DNA from: Candidatus Baldrarchaeum yapensis
GTDB lineage: Archaea; Asgardarchaeota; Baldrarchaeia; Baldrarchaeales; Baldrarchaeaceae
DNA: 32,000 bases
Assembly: GCA_016840465.1 (NCBI GenBank)
Contig: JAEOSH010000016.1
Location: 1-32,000, forward strand
Direction of reading: 5' to 3'
This document shows positions 25,798-32,000 of this stretch, piece by piece (the first letter of the stretch is position 1; every line of letters begins with the position of its first letter). Under the pieces are notes generated by a model. That model worked only from the letters and a program-made list of their open reading frames with translations. It did not search any database and was not told where the DNA came from. Made by a program: the position numbers and the translations under genes.

Positions 25798-26595
25798 CTA
25801 TTCTCGGTACTTTTGAGCCTCCTCAACCAATTTTTTCACCCTTTCTTCGTCAACGGGGTTTGTTGTCACGTTATTGACCTTCACGCTCGTACCAACGATA
25901 ACGCCATCCGCAATTCTCATGAAATCCCCTATATTCCAGTGATCTACGCCACTTCCCACAATTATTGGCGTTCCTTCTCCGATATGACTCTTCACCTCCA
26001 TTATGTGTTCTATTGGTGGAGGATCACCGGTTCTCCTACCCGTGACTATTATAGCATCTGGATGAGCACGCATGACAATTTCACGCGCAGCATCGCCTAT
26101 CGGTTGTGCCCATAGAGGAGTTGCATGTTTCACGTGAACATCTGCAAATATCTTTACGTCTGATCCGAGGAATCTTTTATATCTTAGGAGATCTGGGGCT
26201 ATACCGGATATTATACCTTGTTCGGTCACATAAGCTCCTATGAGAACATTAACCCTGATGAAACTTGCACCAGTCACGGTTGCGATCGCCATTGCTGATA
26301 TTCCATCATTTCTCAGTACATTGATTCCTATTGGTATGTCCACGTGGCTTGAAACCTCCGATACGACTAAAGTCATCGCCGCAACGGTTTCGGGGCCGAC
26401 TCTTTCCCTATATGGAGTATCGCCGAAGTTCTCTATTATAATTCCGTCAACGCCTCCCCGCTTATAAGCAACGGCGTCCCTTATGGCTCGAGTTATTACT
26501 TTCTGCATGGGAGTGGGGTTGTGAGATCCGGGCAAGGGGAGGAGATGCACAACTCCGATTACTGGCTTGCGTGTCCCGAATATTTTCTCCAGCAT
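25798..26595 (-). CDS. btpA: BtpA/SgcQ-family TIM-barrel protein
   Basis: KPVIGVVHLLPLPGS, DGIIIENFGDTPY, GINVLRND, FIRVNV, ADVHVKHA, DAIIVTG and ADGVIVGT. Confidence 0.92.
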   Translation of the reverse strand: MLEKIFGTRKPVIGVVHLLPLPGSHNPTPMQKVITRAIRDAVAYKRGGVDGIIIENFGDTPYRERVGPETVAAMTLVVSEVSSHVDIPIGINVLRNDGISAMAIATVTGASFIRVNVLIGAYVTEQGIISGIAPDLLRYKRFLGSDVKIFADVHVKHATPLWAQPIGDAAREIVMRAHPDAIIVTGRRTGDPPPIEHIMEVKSHIGEGTPIIVGSGVDHWNIGDFMRIADGVIVGTSVKVNNVTTNPVDEERVKKLVEEAQKYRE

Positions 26596-26706
26596 TGGCA
26601 ACACGCCCACGGTTTATAACTCCTTGTAGAGTATATACCGATGACAATATTAATGCCTAGGGATCTCATCCTTTAGGCACAGTTTACGTATTAGAGGTCT
26701 GATCGG

Positions 26707-28008
26707 ATGGAAGGCCTTTACGAAGTTTTCGGCAATTTGCTGATGCGCTCATGTGAACGCTCCTTTATGAATCTGAGGGAGAAAGTCCGCCGGCACACGA
26801 AGGATATAAGAGAAGGAGAACGGGCGGATATTAACGTTGGATTTATCGATGGAAGTCTGAGTTTCGATGATCGAAGAGGAGTGGGTGTGTTCTTATTCTC
26901 AGCATGCGGACTGATAGTGGATGGGAAGTCGCTTAGAATGCATGAGTTCTTTTGTACTTCGAAATCTCCCGTTCCTCATATACTTTTTCCGAAATTTCTA
27001 GTTCAAACTCGCGGAAACAACCTCATGTCAATTTTCGAGTTGATGGTTGCACTTTCAATGATAAGAACGGAAAGCGCTCACTTGATTCTCATGGATGGCT
27101 CATATATCTCAACACTGCTCGCCCCAGCGGGTGCGTTGAGGGCGTTGTATAGGGACATAAGGAACCGGCTTGACAGACTACGAGTTCAGAGGTTCATAGA
27201 CGAGGTGAATTCATTCTTACAGGAGGTTATAGAGAAGAGATTTCCGGGAATTTTGGAGATGAAAGATGCCAAACGATGTTTCATCAACTTTCTTATGAGT
27301 TCTAGGAACATTGCGACCGATTTTTACCGGAGGTTGTACCATATATGTAGTGGTGCAGGCATTGGAGAGGTTTCAATGGATCTACTGAACTATTCAAACA
27401 TGTGTGTCGAGGAGAATTTCTTCCTTTTCCTTCTCGATTTCGTACTGGAAGAGGCAAAAGATAAGGGAATTGCTGTAGCATGGTTTGCGAAGGACAGTGA
27501 CAGTAGGTTCATCACAAGGGGGGATGACCATTTAAAGTGGTTGACCGACGAGGCATTTCTTGACGAGGTGTGGAAGGATCTGTCCAATGTTTACATTAGG
27601 ATTTCTGATATTTCCTCGCTTTCGCCGATCTCCCATGGGAGGGCGGCTGTGAGGAGCGTGGCGGATAAGGGTGACTGCATTTTTCAATATGACCTTGCGG
27701 AGAGGTTTTACAAAGAATGGGGAGGGTATGATGGAATATATGTGAAGTTTCTGAAAGGCCCGGTTTTCCAGATAACATTGCCTGCACACTTCTCCAGCGT
27801 CATTGATCGGATACCGTCGATCCTGTTGCCCATGTGCGAAAAGAGGACAGGTTGTCCTCGGCCGATAATCTATGTGCACTTCAAAGCCCTTATGAAGGAA
27901 AGCGTGGCAAGATTATTTGCAGATGAGTTATGGTTTAAAACCCCTAGGACAGAATGGTTGATTCGTGTCATGCTATCAAGGTCGGGAAGAAGGAGGATAG
28001 GTGTTTGA
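26707..28008 (+). CDS. nurA: NurA-family nuclease
   Basis: FIDGS, LILMDGS, FAKDSDSR and C-terminal GCPRPIIYVHFKA (GYP..AH-like); TTGA-coupled to the HerA gene. Confidence 0.8.
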   Translation: MEGLYEVFGNLLMRSCERSFMNLREKVRRHTKDIREGERADINVGFIDGSLSFDDRRGVGVFLFSACGLIVDGKSLRMHEFFCTSKSPVPHILFPKFLVQTRGNNLMSIFELMVALSMIRTESAHLILMDGSYISTLLAPAGALRALYRDIRNRLDRLRVQRFIDEVNSFLQEVIEKRFPGILEMKDAKRCFINFLMSSRNIATDFYRRLYHICSGAGIGEVSMDLLNYSNMCVEENFFLFLLDFVLEEAKDKGIAVAWFAKDSDSRFITRGDDHLKWLTDEAFLDEVWKDLSNVYIRISDISSLSPISHGRAAVRSVADKGDCIFQYDLAERFYKEWGGYDGIYVKFLKGPVFQITLPAHFSSVIDRIPSILLPMCEKRTGCPRPIIYVHFKALMKESVARLFADELWFKTPRTEWLIRVMLSRSGRRRIGV

Positions 28009-29651
28009 GTTCGGAAAAAATAGGAAGAGTTGTTAATGTTGTAGGGAGGAATCGCGTCACAATCGCTGTTAATGAGGACAAACTCGTGAAAGTTTCGAAG
28101 CCGGGTGTTTATGTCAAAATCCCCGTATTCGGGGTAACGTTATTCGGCGTTGTGACGAGTTTCTCTCTAAGTGATGAACTCTACAGAGCATCTAGAATTG
28201 TTGAGGAGTTCGAAGGGTACGGAGAGTTCCGGCTTTCGCGAAATGAAATTCTAGTAACGCTTGTTGGATCCATGGACGAGCATGGTAACATCAAAAGGGG
28301 AATTCCGCTACTGCCGAGACCCGGAGATCACGTTGAGCTGGTGGATACTGATACTCTCAAGAGGGTGTTTGAGAGCGGAGATGTTGAAATCGGCAGACTC
28401 AATACAAACTCCGACGTTAGGGTATTCTTAGACATAAACAAACTATGTTCTAGGCATCTGGCGATTCTTGCGATGACAGGTGCTGGAAAGTCAAACGCGC
28501 TTGCGGTTATACTCGGAGAACTGCTGAAAAAATTTCCATATGCAAGAGTACTGCTTATAGATACCCATAGTGAGTACGTATCGATGGCAAAAACGGAAGA
28601 TTTCAATGCTCGCGTTTTCACTCCGCTCAAACCGATGATAGAATTGCTGGAGAATCAGTTTGACGTGACCCCTCAAATATTTGAGGTGCCATATTGGGTT
28701 CTGAGCCTAGATGAATGGTATAGCTTACTGAGACTCGATACGAGGGCGACGAAGCAACGCATGTACCTACGTGATGGAATCAGAAAGATCAAGAGAGAGT
28801 TGGACATCAACGCAGGTGCAAACGATCCCCTCTATTTTGATATCAATGAACTGATTTCTAAGCTTAAATCGGGTAGAAAGGACGCATCATTAGAAGACTT
28901 ACTAAATAAGATGGAAGAGCTGCTGGAGGATGATGAGAAGAGGTTTATAACGGAACCTGAGGAGACCAAGGATCTTCTCGAGGATCTTAAGAGGGGCTAC
29001 TTGGCAAGCGGGCACAATGAAAAAGAAGCAATAAAGAGAGCGTCTTACGATCTATACTATCGTCTGGCAGAGAGGGTTCTGAAGGAGGGGCTTAACATAG
29101 TTGCTTTAGGCGGGCTGTCGGGCGATACCCAAGATGCCATCACCTCCACAATTTTAAGGATGATCTGGCGCCTGATAACAAATCTGAGATATCAGGGAGT
29201 CGTGTGGCCGACAATGATAGTTTTAGAGGAGGCGCACAACTATGCACCCTCGGGAAGGTATACTGCATCTAGAGGGGTCGTAGAAACCTTAGCAAAGGAG
29301 GGGCGTAAGTTCGGGATTTGCCTTGTTATAATATCACAGAGGCCTAGAGAACTCTCTGAAACCGTACTTGCACAGTGCGGAAACTTAATTGCACTCAGAA
29401 CTGTAAACCCCGCTGATCAGAACTACATTATCAGTAGCCTTGAGGAGGTGAACAAGGAGATAATTGAGGATCTCCCAGGGCTAGAGACCGGAGAAGCGAT
29501 AGTTTCAGGACCTGCGATAAGATTTCCTGCGATTGTGCAGGTTTATAACTTCAAGGAAAGGTTCGGAATAGAGTTAGGCGGGAAGGACATAGACTTTAGA
29601 ACTCACTGGATGCACGGCGCCGTTGGTGGGTCATTTGGAGAGGAGAAATGA
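28005..29651 (+). CDS. herA: HerA-family helicase/ATPase
   Basis: N-terminal HAS-barrel-like region, HLAILAMTGAGKS, IVLEEAHNYAP, KEGRKFG and SQRP. TTG start at 28005 behind AGGAGG. Confidence 0.92.
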   Translation: MSSEKIGRVVNVVGRNRVTIAVNEDKLVKVSKPGVYVKIPVFGVTLFGVVTSFSLSDELYRASRIVEEFEGYGEFRLSRNEILVTLVGSMDEHGNIKRGIPLLPRPGDHVELVDTDTLKRVFESGDVEIGRLNTNSDVRVFLDINKLCSRHLAILAMTGAGKSNALAVILGELLKKFPYARVLLIDTHSEYVSMAKTEDFNARVFTPLKPMIELLENQFDVTPQIFEVPYWVLSLDEWYSLLRLDTRATKQRMYLRDGIRKIKRELDINAGANDPLYFDINELISKLKSGRKDASLEDLLNKMEELLEDDEKRFITEPEETKDLLEDLKRGYLASGHNEKEAIKRASYDLYYRLAERVLKEGLNIVALGGLSGDTQDAITSTILRMIWRLITNLRYQGVVWPTMIVLEEAHNYAPSGRYTASRGVVETLAKEGRKFGICLVIISQRPRELSETVLAQCGNLIALRTVNPADQNYIISSLEEVNKEIIEDLPGLETGEAIVSGPAIRFPAIVQVYNFKERFGIELGGKDIDFRTHWMHGAVGGSFGEEK

Positions 29652-30159
29652 ACGAAGGTGGATACTCGCCGTTATCCCAGTCATGTAGAACGTCGACAAT
29701 AGCAATAACACACATTTAGGAGCCGGAGATATTCAACATTGATAACTCGGCGTAACGCTTTACTTATGTTTTTAGGACGATAGATCATTTACCTGCGTAA
29801 AATATGTTTTTTGACAGGACATTCAACGGAATTATAGCCGTAAAATATTTTATTATCATGAAATTCGTGAGGGGTTAGGAAAGTGTCGAACTATATATAG
29901 GGATACCAATATATCGGGCGATATCCTTCTGATAACGCCATAATAATCCGACAGAAAACTTCAATCTTAATGCTAGATTTTAGCATGGAGATATAAAATC
30001 GGAGGGATTGCAGTAATTGCACATGCAGGTGAGAACTGTGAATTAACTTTTTCGACAATGTTGCACTTTTAGGGTCTTTTTCTACAAATCGGGATGGAAA
30101 TTGCTTAAATATCGGAAGGGTACATCTCCTAACAATCTAGTCGGGATAGGGTGCACCTC

Positions 30160-31833
30160 ATGAACTCATTTGATCTCATAGTTGGTGGAAGAAGAGTCTC
30201 TTCTGGCGTTTACGATTATCAACTCGACATGGAAAGAGTGATTGAAGATCCAGGGCTCATGATTGCCTTTGCATTGAAGAGAGCAGGGTGGTTAGGAAAG
30301 CTTCCATCGTTTATCCTCAAGCGCGTTGGTAAAACTCCGGAGCAACGGTTTCTGACTGATTATATAAGGGTTCATGGAAAGCCGAAACTCGACGAAACAA
30401 AACTTGACGAGATAGTATTCGCGAGATATAGTGTTGCGACGAATAAGGAGATAGAGCAGGCAATAGATGTTGCATATAGAAACAGAAAGAAGCTATACAA
30501 GTCTAAGATATTTGGCGAGCCTAATGGAGGGCTGACGACAGACGAAAGAGTTGATCTGCTTGAGAAGGTCGGAAGGCTCCTGATTAAAGAAAAGGAAACG
30601 TTTAAGAGGCTATCATTTGTCGAAGGAAAACCCCTGAAGATTTTTGAGTGGGAGTTCCATGCGGTTGAGAGAATGGTCAAACGCAACTTTTTGTCCTTCA
30701 TGGCGTCCCTCATAGAGGAGAGAGAGTTGGAAAGCATATATGGACGTGGAAGATTGTATCTTATCAGGCAACCGGTAGGGTTATTCGTAATCTATTCGCC
30801 TTATAATGCCGCACTTGGCCTAGGATTGTATGCCGTCCTGAGCTCACTAATAAGTGGAAATGCCACGATAATAAAGCCTCCATCGAAGAATCCTGTCTCT
30901 ACAATTTACATGGCATACTTATTCGCCGAGGTTTTCGCGCAAGAGAACGTACCTGAGGTCTTCGGTTGCATAGTGGCCCAAGGCGAGAAGTTGATAGGTA
31001 AGTTGATTAAGGATCCGAGAGTTGGAGGAATAATGTTTTATGGACAAAGCGAGCCCGGGTTGAGAATATGGGGAGATGCTGCACGCCATGCAAAGGTCTT
31101 CGTTCCCGAACTGGCCGGAAGTGATGTATGCATAGTATGGAGAGATGCTGACCTCGAAAAAGCGGCAAAGTATGTGGCAAAATACAGATTCCTCGGATCC
31201 GGACAGTTCTGCATGTCGATTAAGAGGCTGATCGTGGACAGGTATATTGCTGATGACTTCATAAAGTTGCTCGTCGAAGAGGCACAGAAGCACAGACCTG
31301 GACTCCCATCCGATCCAAATACGTCCCTAGCAATAATGCCGCCCAATGTGCTGTATCGTGCACTTTTCGAACTAAATGATGCCATTGCAAAGGGAGCAAA
31401 AGTCGAATGTGGCGGTGTTAGACTCAATTACATGGGTGAGGAGGATCCCGCAGGTCTCTTCCTAGCGCCAACGGTTTTGACAAACGTTAAGCCAAATATG
31501 CTCATATGTGACCCGTCGAGGGAGGCATTCTTCCCAATACTCCCAGTTCAAGTCGCGGACTCTATAGAGGAAGCAATAAGACTCGCAAATAGATCAAATT
31601 ACGGCTTAAGGGCATCGTTGATAACTGAAAATGAGGAATTACAGAGAAGATTTGCCGTTGAGGTGGAATCAGGCGGAGTTCTCATAAATAGTGAGGACCA
31701 CATGCATTTAGACATCCAGATGCCGAACTTAGGAGGCGTTAAGTGGACCGGGGTTAAAGGCGCGAAGTACTTCCCGCTAGAAATGACTATCCAGAAGTAT
31801 GTGTACATTGGAAAGGGATACGATGGAAACTAG
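30160..31833 (+). CDS. Aldehyde dehydrogenase family protein (atypical)
   Basis: SPYN, GNATIIKPP, ELAGSD, GQFC (catalytic Cys), EAFFPILPV, ANRSNYGL and GGVK. ATG 30160 (or GTG 30151). Confidence 0.88.
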   Translation: MNSFDLIVGGRRVSSGVYDYQLDMERVIEDPGLMIAFALKRAGWLGKLPSFILKRVGKTPEQRFLTDYIRVHGKPKLDETKLDEIVFARYSVATNKEIEQAIDVAYRNRKKLYKSKIFGEPNGGLTTDERVDLLEKVGRLLIKEKETFKRLSFVEGKPLKIFEWEFHAVERMVKRNFLSFMASLIEERELESIYGRGRLYLIRQPVGLFVIYSPYNAALGLGLYAVLSSLISGNATIIKPPSKNPVSTIYMAYLFAEVFAQENVPEVFGCIVAQGEKLIGKLIKDPRVGGIMFYGQSEPGLRIWGDAARHAKVFVPELAGSDVCIVWRDADLEKAAKYVAKYRFLGSGQFCMSIKRLIVDRYIADDFIKLLVEEAQKHRPGLPSDPNTSLAIMPPNVLYRALFELNDAIAKGAKVECGGVRLNYMGEEDPAGLFLAPTVLTNVKPNMLICDPSREAFFPILPVQVADSIEEAIRLANRSNYGLRASLITENEELQRRFAVEVESGGVLINSEDHMHLDIQMPNLGGVKWTGVKGAKYFPLEMTIQKYVYIGKGYDGN

Positions 31834-31839
31834 TTTCTT

Positions 31840-32000
31840 TTATATCATTTCACGTATTAATTGCAAGACTCTATTCTTTGCTCCTCTCAGTACATCGTCT
31901 CCATGACTCACAAATACTATGTCGAAGTCCAACTCCTCAAGCCTCTTTATGGAGGCTTTTAGAAGGTCAAAGTCATAGCAGGAAGGTGCTGGTGGCAGTT
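31840..32000 (-). CDS. C-terminus of a metallo-beta-lactamase-fold protein (partial; not in the ORF track)
   Basis: Manual translation ...YDFDLLKASIKRLEELDFDIVFVSHGDDVLRGAKNRVLQLIREMI*, matching the MBL 'SL..L..LDFD...P.HG' end motif. Confidence 0.7.
   Translation of the reverse strand, partial: LPPAPSCYDFDLLKASIKRLEELDFDIVFVSHGDDVLRGAKNRVLQLIREMI

Noticed and set aside
633-29973. Half-site TTAATGC recurring in several intergenic regions (633, 6171, 26650, 29967) as a regulon
   Set aside because: An AT-rich 7-mer is expected several times in 32 kb; only the 6145-6177 copy is a full palindrome.
29648-30150. Short ATGA-coupled ORF after herA, possible mre11 remnant, and weak repeats (CGTAAAATAT twice; ATGCTA-N5-TAGCAT)
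   Set aside because: The ORF is only 23 codons, no phosphoesterase motif is seen in frames read by eye, and the repeats are short enough to be chance in AT-rich DNA.
1-32000. CRISPR array, tRNA or rRNA genes
   Set aside because: No regularly spaced repeats, cloverleaf or T-loop context, or rRNA-like segments were seen by eye; tRNAscan/Infernal were not run, so small ncRNAs cannot be excluded.

Overview
Archaeal chromosomal window that looks like a thermophile-type Asgard archaeon. This is an inference from two small GTPases, roadblock/LC7 proteins, a V4R/Bet3-fold protein and a RING-finger protein. About 30 genes are present; I found no rRNA, tRNA, CRISPR array or transposase. Main blocks: (i) an MglA/CvnD-type GTPase running off the left edge (missed by the ORF track), GNAT, Lrp and RHH regulators and an archaeal AAA+ ATPase; (ii) a compact minus-strand operon roadblock - V4R - divergent roadblock - Rab/Roc-like GTPase - 58-aa micro-ORF, preceded by an operator-like tandem repeat and a frameshifted ORF; (iii) a fused CoA-transferase, MFS transporter, LURP/scramblase-like protein and LutB-CCG Fe-S oxidoreductase; (iv) an AbrB-VapC toxin-antitoxin pair next to a triple-frameshifted ilvD; (v) a tail-anchored RING protein; (vi) an operon with a Cys-rich unknown, a 1238-aa TrmB protein carrying about 1000 aa of helical insert, an ArsB/NhaD-type transporter and a tandem USP; (vii) btpA, a nurA-herA pair without mre11/rad50, an atypical ALDH and a partial MBL-fold gene. 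The best candidates for undescribed systems are the roadblock/V4R/GTPase module, the giant TrmB operon and the membrane-anchored RING protein. All family calls come from motif recognition by eye, not from database searches.
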